DNA from: Chloroflexota bacterium
GTDB taxonomy: Bacteria; Chloroflexota; Dehalococcoidia; Lucifugimonadales; JADFKI01
Assembly: GCA_027623195.1 (NCBI GenBank)
Contig: JAQBUT010000008.1
Span: forward strand, 1 to 64,000
Direction: 5' to 3'
Length of the DNA: 64,000 nt
Shown here: piece after piece, positions 1-8,806 of the stretch
How the letters are laid out: every line of letters begins with the position of its first letter
Numbering within the stretch: the stretch's first letter is position 1
Position numbers and translations under genes: made by a program
The notes under the pieces: model-generated
Database searches by the model: none
The model's input: the letters and a program-made list of their open reading frames with translations, nothing else
What the model was told of the DNA's origin: nothing

Positions 1-96
1 CGTGATTGTTTCATTTTCCTGCTCCTTTATTTCTGTCATTTTAGGAGCGGGACTCTCTCTTAGCTACCTGTCTAAAAAACCGATACCACCTCACAA

Positions 97-325
97 CCAG
101 AAGAACTACATGTCCCTCTACCTGATGAGCATTTACGCCGATGAGGAAAAGGCCAAAAAATTCGACGCTGAGTACGGCGCTAGCGGCAAGAAGATGGACA
201 GGGGCAAGGCCTGCGTTCGGTTCAAGAGGGCGGACGACCTGCCTCTGGACGTAATCGGCAATGCTGTCGCAGGTACGCCGTTAGATGCATTCATAAAAAT
301 GTATCAGAAGAGCCGCCGACGATAG
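97..325 (+). pseudogene. C-terminal part of a DUF1801 (YdhG-like) protein, apparently 5'-truncated
   Basis: QKNYMSLYLM...LDMGK(A)CVRFK-like motifs (here QKNYMSLYLMSIY and MDRGKACVRFKR); the in-frame sequence upstream does not resemble the family. Confidence 0.5.
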
Positions 326-431
326 GTATAGGGGAATTTCACAGGTGGCCCCAAGATTCGTCGTTGAAAAGGCTACCCCCGACTTTCCTTCCACACTACA
401 GGCCGTATACAATCTCTACTAGTCCCGGCGC

Positions 432-519
432 GGAGAGGTGCTAGAGTGGACGAATAGGCACGATTGGAAATCGTGTGTGCCGAAAGGTACCATGGGTTCG
501 AATCCCATCCTCTCCGCCA
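432..519 (+). tRNA. tRNA-Ser (GGA)
   Basis: Acceptor GGAGAGG/CCTCTCC, anticodon arm CACGA-TTGGAAA-TCGTG, long variable arm, GGTTCGAATCC, discriminator G plus encoded CCA. Confidence 0.97.
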
Positions 520-784
520 CCCAACATCCTTACTTACTCTCTTCAATACCAATTGTTTTTGCCATAATTCCACCCGATTTACTAGATAAATCAAGAAACG
601 CCCGCTATTAGACTGCCAATTGATGTTGTAGATTCTCTTCCAGCGGCGGTTTAGAATAACCCAGCTATTGCGCAACCGCCCCCAGATGTAATATGTTCAC
701 CACTCGTGGCGGGATAGGCTGAACTGATGCCACATTGCGTCGCGTAGAAGTCTTGTTCCGAAAACTCCATCTGAAGAACAAAAC

Positions 785-1909
785 ATGGAAGATGAAATCC
801 TAAAATACTGGTTGGCATTTAGCCGGGTGCCGGGCATCGGCCGGGCGCGATTCAAGCTGCTGGAGAGTCACTTCGGCACGTTGGACAACGCGTGGCGTGC
901 CAACGGCGCAGAGCTTCAAGCGGCTGGTCTGGACCAGCGCACCACGCTTTCTATAACGACGCTAAGAAGCAAACTGAACCCCGATGAGGAGCTGGAACGT
1001 CTAAATAGGAGCGGGGTGAAGGCGCTGACCTGGCACGATGCCGACTACCCTTCAAGGCTCAAGGAGATTTACGATCTACCGCCTATCCTTTACGTACGCG
1101 GCAACATGTGGCCAGACGATGACCGGTCTATTTCCGTTGTTGGCACCCGCAAACCTTCGGCATACGGCAGGGGAGTTGCGGACAGCCTGACAACCGGACT
1201 GGCTCGCGCCGGGGTGACCATCGTGAGCGGACTGGCCCGAGGCGTGGACGGAATAGCTCACAGGGCGGCGCTGGATGCCGGTCAACGTACGATCGCCGTC
1301 ATGGGCAGCGGTGTCGATGTCATATACCCTGGCGAGCATGCCAATTTGGCGGCGCGAATAGTAGAGAACGGGGCGCTGGTCTCAGAGCATCCTTTGGGGA
1401 CGAAGCCGGATGCCAGAAACTTCCCTAGACGCAATCGCATCTTGGCAGGTATGACGCTGGGGACACTGGTCATCGAGGCCGGAAGAAAGAGCGGCGCACT
1501 CATAACCGCGAAGCATGCGCTGGACGAAAATAGGGAGGTTTTTGCTGTGCCGGGGGATATTTCCCGTCCAAACAGTGAAGGCGTCAACTGGCTTATAAAA
1601 GAATCTGGTGCTAAGCTGGTAACTGATTGCAGCGATATTTTGCAAGAGTTGAACATCTCATCAGTAGGCGAACAACAGATAGAAATGGCAGCCTTGTTCC
1701 CCCATGATGAGAACGAATCCCAGGTGCTGAGGTATGTAACATACGACCCGGTCCATATTGATGAGGTTATACGCAACGTCGGATTGGGTATCTCAGTGGT
1801 CAGTGGGGCTCTCACCATGATGGAGCTAAAGGGTCTGGTTAGACAAGTAGGCGGAATGAATTACATAAGATTAAGGGAGGCCTCTGCCGAATATCAGACG
1901 GCAGTTTAA
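785..1909 (+). CDS. dprA: DNA-processing protein DprA
   Basis: YPSRLKEIYDLPP, VVGTR, VSGLARGVD, FPRRNRI, SGALITA motifs; C-terminal winged helix; directly upstream of topA. Confidence 0.96.
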   Translation: MEDEILKYWLAFSRVPGIGRARFKLLESHFGTLDNAWRANGAELQAAGLDQRTTLSITTLRSKLNPDEELERLNRSGVKALTWHDADYPSRLKEIYDLPPILYVRGNMWPDDDRSISVVGTRKPSAYGRGVADSLTTGLARAGVTIVSGLARGVDGIAHRAALDAGQRTIAVMGSGVDVIYPGEHANLAARIVENGALVSEHPLGTKPDARNFPRRNRILAGMTLGTLVIEAGRKSGALITAKHALDENREVFAVPGDISRPNSEGVNWLIKESGAKLVTDCSDILQELNISSVGEQQIEMAALFPHDENESQVLRYVTYDPVHIDEVIRNVGLGISVVSGALTMMELKGLVRQVGGMNYIRLREASAEYQTAV

Positions 1910-1912
1910 TAA

Positions 1913-4081
1913 ATGGCAAAAGATTTAGTAATAGTAGAATCACCAGCAAAAGCCCGTACAGTGGGGCGATTCCTGGGCGACAAATACGAGGCTTTGGCTT
2001 CGATGGGTCATGTTCGTGACCTGCCAAAAGGCAAGATGGGCGTGGAAATTGATGAAAAAGGCTTCCATGCCACTTACGACGTGTTGCCGGATAAGAAGAA
2101 AATTCTGGCCGAGCTCCGCAAGGCCTCCAAAGAGGCCAACATCGTATACCTGGCCACAGACCCGGATCGCGAAGGCGAGGCCATTTCTTGGCACCTTATT
2201 AATGCAATTAAGTTGAACCCGAATAAGGTGAAGCGGGTTGTCTTTCACGAGATAACTCAGGAGGCCATCAAAGAGGCCTTCGATCACCCTCGGGACCTAG
2301 ACCAACACCTTGTCGACGCCCAGCAGGCTCGCCGGATTCTGGATAGGCTGGTAGGCTATCGCCTCAGCCCTGTGCTTTGGGGCAAGGTGCGTCGTGGCTT
2401 ATCTGCGGGGCGGGTACAGTCCGTGGCTCTCCGCCTGGTTGTCGACCGAGAGCGCGAGATTGGCGCCTTTGAACCGGTAGAGTATTGGACCATTGATGCC
2501 AATGTTGCCAAGCATGGTGACACCGCCAAGAAGAGAATTGAGTTCAAGGCGGGCCTTTTCTCTGTCCTGGGCGACAAAAAAAAGATGGAGATCCCTAACG
2601 GGGACCGCGCAACGGAATTGACCACCGATTTGGAGGGCGCGGCCTACGTCGTGTCGTCGGTGCGAAAGCGGGAGACCAAGAGCAGGCCTTCGGCGCCGTT
2701 CATAACTTCGACAATGCAACAGGAAGCGTCTCGCAAATTACGCTTCACAGCCCGTCGCACAATGCAGGTTGCCCAGCAGCTTTACGAAGGCATGGAGATT
2801 GGCGACGAGGGCTCGGTGGGTCTCATTACCTACATGAGGACAGACTCCACTAACGTGGCGGAAGTAGCCCTTAAAGAGACTATCGAATACGTCAAAAGCA
2901 AGTATGGGGCCGATTATGTTCCCAGCACCCCCAGGGTGTACACCAAGAAGGTTAAAGGCGCGCAGGAGGCTCACGAAGCCATTAGGCCGACCTCGATTCT
3001 GAGGACTCCTGAGGCTATCCGGTCTCATCTCAGCAGCGAGCAGTTCAGGTTGTACGAACTCGTCTGGAAGCGCATGGTTGCAAGTCAGATGAGCGATGCG
3101 CTGTTCGATTCCACAACGGTGGAGATCGAGGCATCGAGCGTCAAGACTGATACCAAGTACGAATTTAGAGCCCGCGGTTCCGTCCTTAAGTTTGCAGGGT
3201 TCCGGACTCTATATATGGAAGACGTCGACGACTCTACTGGCGAAGATGAGGAGACAGCTCCTCTGCCCGTGCTGGAAAAAGAAGACGTTTTGGACTGCCT
3301 GGGGATATCCCCCGATCAGCACTTCACGCAGCCGCCCCCAAGATTTTCGGAGGCGACGCTGATACGGACCATGGAAGACCAGGGTATCGGTCGTCCCAGC
3401 ACCTATGCCCCAATTATGGCTACTATTCTGGACAGGGACTACGTGCTAAAGGAGCAGGGCAGGTTCATACCCACCAAGCTCGGCATTGCTGTCACCGACC
3501 TTCTGAAGGTACACTTCCCCGACATCATGGACGTGGGTTTCACTGCCAAGGTTGAGGACCAGTTGGACAACGTAGCAGAGGGCGAGCAAGAGTGGGAGCC
3601 CATGCTCAGGGCGTTCTACGAACCCTTCGACCTTTCAATCGAGAAGGCAATGAAGGAGGCGGAGCGGGTGCCTCGCGATCAGATCGACGAGGAGACCGAC
3701 GAGTCCTGCGAAGAGTGTGAACGGCCCATGGTCATCAAGTCGGGACGCTTCGGACGCTTCATGTCCTGCAGCGGCTTTCCGGAGTGCAAGAACTCCAAGC
3801 CGATTATCATTCGCGTGGGCGTGGCGTGCCCCGAATGCGGCAAGGACATATTGCAGCGCCGACAAAAGGGCCGTGGCGGCAAGGTCTTCTACGGCTGTTC
3901 GGGTTATCCAGACTGTAAGTTCGCGCTGAACCAGAAGCCTATTCCTCAAGAGTGTCCTGAGTGCGACGCGATGCTTGTGGCGTCAGGCCGTGAGAACGCT
4001 CGCTGCCTCACTTGCAAATGGAAGGGTCCACTGCCGGACACCGAAGAAGAGAAATCAGCAGCCCTTGAGGGAGCCGCGTAG
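1913..4081 (+). CDS. topA: DNA topoisomerase I
   Basis: LVIVESPAKA, ATDPDREGE, SAGRVQS, ITYMRTDS, AHEAIRPT; C-terminal C4 zinc ribbons. Confidence 0.98.
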   Translation: MAKDLVIVESPAKARTVGRFLGDKYEALASMGHVRDLPKGKMGVEIDEKGFHATYDVLPDKKKILAELRKASKEANIVYLATDPDREGEAISWHLINAIKLNPNKVKRVVFHEITQEAIKEAFDHPRDLDQHLVDAQQARRILDRLVGYRLSPVLWGKVRRGLSAGRVQSVALRLVVDREREIGAFEPVEYWTIDANVAKHGDTAKKRIEFKAGLFSVLGDKKKMEIPNGDRATELTTDLEGAAYVVSSVRKRETKSRPSAPFITSTMQQEASRKLRFTARRTMQVAQQLYEGMEIGDEGSVGLITYMRTDSTNVAEVALKETIEYVKSKYGADYVPSTPRVYTKKVKGAQEAHEAIRPTSILRTPEAIRSHLSSEQFRLYELVWKRMVASQMSDALFDSTTVEIEASSVKTDTKYEFRARGSVLKFAGFRTLYMEDVDDSTGEDEETAPLPVLEKEDVLDCLGISPDQHFTQPPPRFSEATLIRTMEDQGIGRPSTYAPIMATILDRDYVLKEQGRFIPTKLGIAVTDLLKVHFPDIMDVGFTAKVEDQLDNVAEGEQEWEPMLRAFYEPFDLSIEKAMKEAERVPRDQIDEETDESCEECERPMVIKSGRFGRFMSCSGFPECKNSKPIIIRVGVACPECGKDILQRRQKGRGGKVFYGCSGYPDCKFALNQKPIPQECPECDAMLVASGRENARCLTCKWKGPLPDTEEEKSAALEGAA

Positions 4082-4109
4082 GTTTTTGGCAACGAACGGA
4101 ATTTAATAT

Positions 4110-4147
4110 AAATAAGGGCGGGTTTTACAACCCGCCCTTATTTGTTT
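4110..4147. terminator. Bidirectional intrinsic terminator
   Basis: Inverted repeat AAATAAGGGCGGGTT / AACCCGCCCTTATTT between convergent genes. Confidence 0.85.
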
Positions 4148-4172
4148 CCCAGTTTTTATCGAGGTGTCACTA

Positions 4173-5174
4173 CTAAAGCTTAAACACCGGCTTGGCCACT
4201 TCGTTGATGAAATTCGCTCCCATAAGCTTGTAGCCGTCGGCGTTGGGGTGCAAATCGTCCGGCAGCATGTGGCCGAGGTCGGTGCCGAACAGCTTCAGGC
4301 CGTCCACGTAGTGCACGTTGCTGTCGCCGCAGGACTTCAGATCGTCGACCGCTTGCGCCACCTCCTGCCGCATATCGGTCAGGTTAAATTCCGCAGCGTT
4401 GCGCTCGGTCTCACGCGGCGGCGAGAAGATAGGTGAGATCACTGCGAGAGGCGTGTCGGGATGCTTCTCACGCAATATCTGCACGAAACCGATGATGCCA
4501 GGCCTGAAAGTACGGACGTTCATGCTCCCGCTGTTGTGCACATTGATACCCACCTTCATAGAGAGGTAGTCCGCAGGCAGGTCCCGGATCATGCGCGCCA
4601 TCATGGGCTCCAGGTGACAGTTGCCGCCGTAACCAAGGCAGGTTAGGTTCAGGTCCAGTGTCCGGGCAGCAATTGCGGGCCACGTCGTGCTGGGGCTTTC
4701 GGCTGCTCTGCAATGGGAGATGGAGCTGCCGTACGTTATCCACTTCGGTCGCCCGTCATCGTAACCGGACAGGCTCGCGCCGTCGTCTATTGCGAGGGAC
4801 TTCACCCTGACCTCGCCGTGATGAGGCAGCCACAGCTCCAGTAGTTTTTCGCCGGTGGGAAGATCTTCAACCCGCAGCGTCCTGGTTCCAGTAGCGTTCA
4901 AGGAGTCGCAGAGCTTGCCATCGGCGTATACATCCAGCTTCTGCGGGTCCTCCGACTGCACATCAACGTCTAGTGTTAATGACGAGGTGTTGCTGATGAA
5001 GGACAGGCGCACCCCCGCTGGCATGGCGGCCCGCTCCAGCAGAGCGTCTGGCGGGAATAGCCGTTTGGATTCGTAGGGAACGCGCCAGGGCATGACTCCG
5101 TCGTCGGTGCGGTGAAGAGATATTGCGCCTTGCCACGATAGCCGGGCGTCGTTTAGGTCGATTGTCTGGGACAT
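4173..5174 (-). CDS. SGNH/GDSL-family hydrolase
   Basis: YGSSISH block, GYGG, GIN and DDLHP motifs; GGAGG RBS before ATG at 5174. Confidence 0.85.
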   Translation of the reverse strand: MSQTIDLNDARLSWQGAISLHRTDDGVMPWRVPYESKRLFPPDALLERAAMPAGVRLSFISNTSSLTLDVDVQSEDPQKLDVYADGKLCDSLNATGTRTLRVEDLPTGEKLLELWLPHHGEVRVKSLAIDDGASLSGYDDGRPKWITYGSSISHCRAAESPSTTWPAIAARTLDLNLTCLGYGGNCHLEPMMARMIRDLPADYLSMKVGINVHNSGSMNVRTFRPGIIGFVQILREKHPDTPLAVISPIFSPPRETERNAAEFNLTDMRQEVAQAVDDLKSCGDSNVHYVDGLKLFGTDLGHMLPDDLHPNADGYKLMGANFINEVAKPVFKL

Positions 5175-5249
5175 GTGGCCCTCCGGTTTCAAGGGTTATT
5201 GGACGGGCATAATGTAACTCAGAGCCGGAGTTTTGGCTAATCACGCCGG

Positions 5250-6284
5250 TCAATCAAGGTAGCGGCTTTTTCCTGCGGAGGATATTTCTGTGCGGGTGCT
5301 CGACGTAAGGGCTTTTAGCTTCGAGAGGGATAGAAGGCCTTCTCGGGGCAGGAAAAACATAGCGAAGAATATCGGTGGCAGGAAAAGCACCGCATGCAAG
5401 AGCAGCGAGAAGGCGATGGCCTGCTCCTGGTCGATACCCCATAGCCCAAGCGAGTTCACTATGCCAAATTCGAACGTCCCCAGAGCCAGAGGCAGCCCTG
5501 GCACCGCGCTGCTGAAAAACAGCACGCCCAATGTGATGACGATCAGAACTTGTATGCCAAGGTCGATGTGCACCGCCTGCGCCACCATCCAGCCGGCCAG
5601 ACCGATCAGCAGGGCCTGGGCCACAGAAATCACGAAGGCCAAAACGGAACGACCAACGTCTTGCCTCAGAAGAATGACGGCGGAGGCGAACTGCGAGACC
5701 ACCCCCAGCTTGGACAGCGCCGGGACCCGGCGTAGGGCAGGACCTGCAGTGAAAAGCAAGATCAGGCTCAGGCTGCCGAGGACGATTCCGACGGTAAAGT
5801 AGGGCCAATATTGGCGCAGGGGTTCAAGCAGCAGCACGCCAATTCCCACAAGCAAAACGGTCGTGCCGAACTCGAACGTGCGTTGCAGGGCCAGCGTCGC
5901 GAGGATAGTGCCAAGCTTGAGCCTGTCCCTCAGCACCAGGATGCCGATCTCCACCAGCTCATCCAGCACCCGTATAGGGCTAAAGGTGTCCAACGCAGTG
6001 CCGGTCTGCTCGATGAGGAAGAGTCTGCCGGCGGTAACATCGGCGTTGCGCAGCACCAGACGCCAACGCAGTCCCCGCAGGTAGCCCGCCAGAACGTATA
6101 GCGCCAGCGCTACCAGGATAAGCCCGACGTTGGCAGACGACAGTGACGCACCCAACTCGTCCCACTGGATGTTGTTTATCACCAGCCAGCCCAGCGCTAT
6201 ACCTACCCCCGTGGCGAGCGCGCCGTAGGCGGCGACCATAGCGTAGGTGGGTGGTCTGCGTATTCGGAAGTCGCTCCAGGCCAT
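5250..6284 (-). CDS. Lysylphosphatidylglycerol synthase TM-domain / flippase-like membrane protein (UPF0104); start may be at 6362
   Basis: Multi-pass hydrophobic protein with RGLRWRL and PGLPLALGTFE motifs. Confidence 0.75.
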   Translation of the reverse strand: MAWSDFRIRRPPTYAMVAAYGALATGVGIALGWLVINNIQWDELGASLSSANVGLILVALALYVLAGYLRGLRWRLVLRNADVTAGRLFLIEQTGTALDTFSPIRVLDELVEIGILVLRDRLKLGTILATLALQRTFEFGTTVLLVGIGVLLLEPLRQYWPYFTVGIVLGSLSLILLFTAGPALRRVPALSKLGVVSQFASAVILLRQDVGRSVLAFVISVAQALLIGLAGWMVAQAVHIDLGIQVLIVITLGVLFFSSAVPGLPLALGTFEFGIVNSLGLWGIDQEQAIAFSLLLHAVLFLPPIFFAMFFLPREGLLSLSKLKALTSSTRTEISSAGKSRYLD

Positions 6285-6471
6285 GGGCTGCAGCCCCTCG
6301 TGAATTCGGAATGCGGACTGGTAATCGACGAAGAATCGGCAAGCGACGCTTATTCGGGTCATTCGCCGCCTTAAAGCCCTTAGTCCGACAGAGTTATAAC
6401 GCCTGGTACGGGTTAATGTCTAGCATGGAAATACTTGACCGAAGCCATACACGAGGGGAAACCTAAATTGC

Positions 6472-6789
6472 CTAATTTGGAGGTGGGGTAGCGCCGGGAT
6501 TAGCGCCGCCCGGCCCTCTGAACTGGCCACCTTGTCCGCCGCCCTGCTGGAACCTCTGTCGTAGCTGGTCAATCTCTTCCTGGGTGGCCTCGCCGGACTG
6601 GATGCGCTGACGCAATGCCTCGCGGTCCGCCGGGTCGAACGCGGCCTGATCTCCGCTGATGCCTGCCGTCTGTCCGGCCATGGCGTTGTCATCACCGGAG
6701 TTACCTACGGCTATGCCGCCCACAAAGGCCAGCGCTAGCGTGATCCCCCAGACGGCTGCGCCTATTAGAAGAACTTGGAATGGCTTCAT
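6472..6789 (-). CDS. Small membrane-anchored Gly/Gln-rich protein, last gene of the ABC exporter operon
   Basis: N-terminal TM helix, RBS AGGAG, co-oriented after the permease. Confidence 0.7.
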   Translation of the reverse strand: MKPFQVLLIGAAVWGITLALAFVGGIAVGNSGDDNAMAGQTAGISGDQAAFDPADREALRQRIQSGEATQEEIDQLRQRFQQGGGQGGQFRGPGGANPGATPPPN

Positions 6790-6836
6790 TGCTTTCTCCT
6801 GCTTACCTGTGCCCGATGAGGTATCGGGGCGAAAGA

Positions 6837-8078
6837 TTACTCATAACGCAGGGCGTCTATTGGGTGCATACGGGCCGCCCTTAGGGCCGGGTAAATTCCA
6901 GACAATAGGCCGATGGCTCCCGAAACAACCAGGGCGATGATAGCTATATCCAGGCTGAACCCGGTCTCGATGGGCCGGGGTCCCAGGACCGCTCGGCCAT
7001 TTAGGATAGGCCCGAAGCTGAGTCCTAAGATAAGCCCGATGACGCCCCCGCTCATTGTCAGGATTACAGCCTCTGTGATGAACTGGAACAGGATATCCCG
7101 CCTCTTTGCGCCGATGGCCTTTCTTATCCCGATCTCTCTGGTCCTCTCGGTGACCGATACCAGCATGATGTTCATTACGCCTATGCCGCCCACGAACAGC
7201 GAAATGCCCGCCACCGTGCCAAGAAAGAGCACAAGCGCCGTGGTTGTCTCGTTCAGCGTTTCGATAAGGCCCTGCTGGCTGCTGATTACGAAGTCGTCAT
7301 CGCCGGTGATCCGATGCCGCAGACGCAGAATCGTCGCGATCTCCAGTTCGGCGGTACTCATGTCCTCTTGACTGGTGGCCTCCACGTTGATGGACTGAAC
7401 GCTGATCCCCCCTTGGGCAGTGCGCTGGGAGGCCAGCCGGTAATAGGCTGTTGTAATCGGTATCAGAACCTGATTGCTTTGCCCGAAGCCGACGTTGTTG
7501 TCCTCCAGTATTCCCACGACAGTGAATTGTCGGCCGCTAATGCGGACTGTCTGTCCGACGGGACTGAGGAGCCCGAACAACTCCTCGGAAACGGAGGCGC
7601 TGAGGACGGCCACCTGGGAGTTGGCCAGAATGTCCCCAGAGGATACCAACCTACCGGTTTCGATGACCGCGTTTCGTACGAGGCCATACTCTGGCGTGAT
7701 ACCAATTACCTGGGCGTTGGTGTTCTCACGGCCCGCCACAATCTGTGCGTTTGTCGCAATCTGCGGGGACACAGCCTTAATGGATGGCGCGAATACGGGA
7801 TCCACCAGCGCGAAGGCGTCTTCTAGCGTGAGGGAAGAACCGCTGCCTTGGCCGCCGGATACTCCGCCGCTAGATGTGGAGCCCGGTTGGACGAAGAGCA
7901 AATTGGCGCCCTGGGACTCTATGCGGGAGGTTATGCCCTGTTGCACGCCGCGACCGATAGTCATCAGTGCAATTACCGCCGTGACACCGATGATAATTCC
8001 AAGCAACGTGAGCCCAGATCTGAGCTTGTTGCTTCCCAACGACCAGAGGGCAGTCCTTAGCACGTCCAGCGGTCTCAT
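6837..8078 (-). CDS. MacB/FtsX-family ABC transporter permease
   Basis: RSGLTLLGIIIGV, GGIGVMNIMLVSVTERTREIGIRKAIGA, PIDALRYE. Confidence 0.93.
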   Translation of the reverse strand: MRPLDVLRTALWSLGSNKLRSGLTLLGIIIGVTAVIALMTIGRGVQQGITSRIESQGANLLFVQPGSTSSGGVSGGQGSGSSLTLEDAFALVDPVFAPSIKAVSPQIATNAQIVAGRENTNAQVIGITPEYGLVRNAVIETGRLVSSGDILANSQVAVLSASVSEELFGLLSPVGQTVRISGRQFTVVGILEDNNVGFGQSNQVLIPITTAYYRLASQRTAQGGISVQSINVEATSQEDMSTAELEIATILRLRHRITGDDDFVISSQQGLIETLNETTTALVLFLGTVAGISLFVGGIGVMNIMLVSVTERTREIGIRKAIGAKRRDILFQFITEAVILTMSGGVIGLILGLSFGPILNGRAVLGPRPIETGFSLDIAIIALVVSGAIGLLSGIYPALRAARMHPIDALRYE

Positions 8079-8079
8079 G

Positions 8080-8775
8080 CTAAAGACCGTTCGAAGTGGA
8101 CGGCACTGCATGGGATTCGTCGCCCACTACAAGGCCGTCGCGCATGGTGATAGTGCGGTTGGCGTGTTCCGCTATGTCGGTCTCGTGTGTAACGATGATT
8201 ACGGTAATGCCTTCCGCATGTAACTCATGCAAGATTCTCATGACCTCGTCGCCGGAGCGGCTGTCCAGGTTGCCCGTTGGCTCGTCGGCCAGCAAAATCC
8301 CTGGGTTCTTCACCAGCGCCCTGGCGATTCCCACCCGCTGCTGCTGCCCACCGGAAAGCTCGGTTGGACGGTGCTTCACCCGGTCGCCCAGACCGACGCG
8401 TTCCAGAGCGTCAACTGCCCTCTGACGGCGGTTTCGGGAATCGCCGTACATTAACGCCAACTCTACGTTTCCCAGGGCCGTTAGCCTTGGCAGCAGGTTG
8501 TAGGTCTGAAAGACGAAGCCTATCTTGGTGTTGCGTATATTCGCCAGCCTGTTGTCGGGCAGTTTACCCACATCCTCGCCGTCCAGGATGTACCGTCCGG
8601 AAGTCGGCACATCCAGACAGCCCAAAACGTTCATGAGGGTGGACTTGCCGGAACCCGATGCGCCCATGACGGCGACCATCTCTCCGTCGGCGATGGTAAG
8701 GGTCACGCCTCCCAGCGCGGCAAGTTCGGTGTCGCCCATCTTGTATACCTTCGTTACGTTATCGATCTCAATCAT
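8080..8775 (-). CDS. ABC transporter ATP-binding protein (LolD/MacB type)
   Basis: GASGSGKS Walker A, LSGGQQQRV signature, LADEPTGNLD. Confidence 0.95.
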   Translation of the reverse strand: MIEIDNVTKVYKMGDTELAALGGVTLTIADGEMVAVMGASGSGKSTLMNVLGCLDVPTSGRYILDGEDVGKLPDNRLANIRNTKIGFVFQTYNLLPRLTALGNVELALMYGDSRNRRQRAVDALERVGLGDRVKHRPTELSGGQQQRVGIARALVKNPGILLADEPTGNLDSRSGDEVMRILHELHAEGITVIIVTHETDIAEHANRTITMRDGLVVGDESHAVPSTSNGL

Positions 8776-8806
8776 GTTTAGTACACCACAGGGGCCACTT
8801 TCAGGC

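Noticed and set aside
373..675. 100-aa minus-strand ORF
   Set aside because: Antisense shadow of tRNA-Ser (WRRGWDSNP is the typical tRNA antisense translation).
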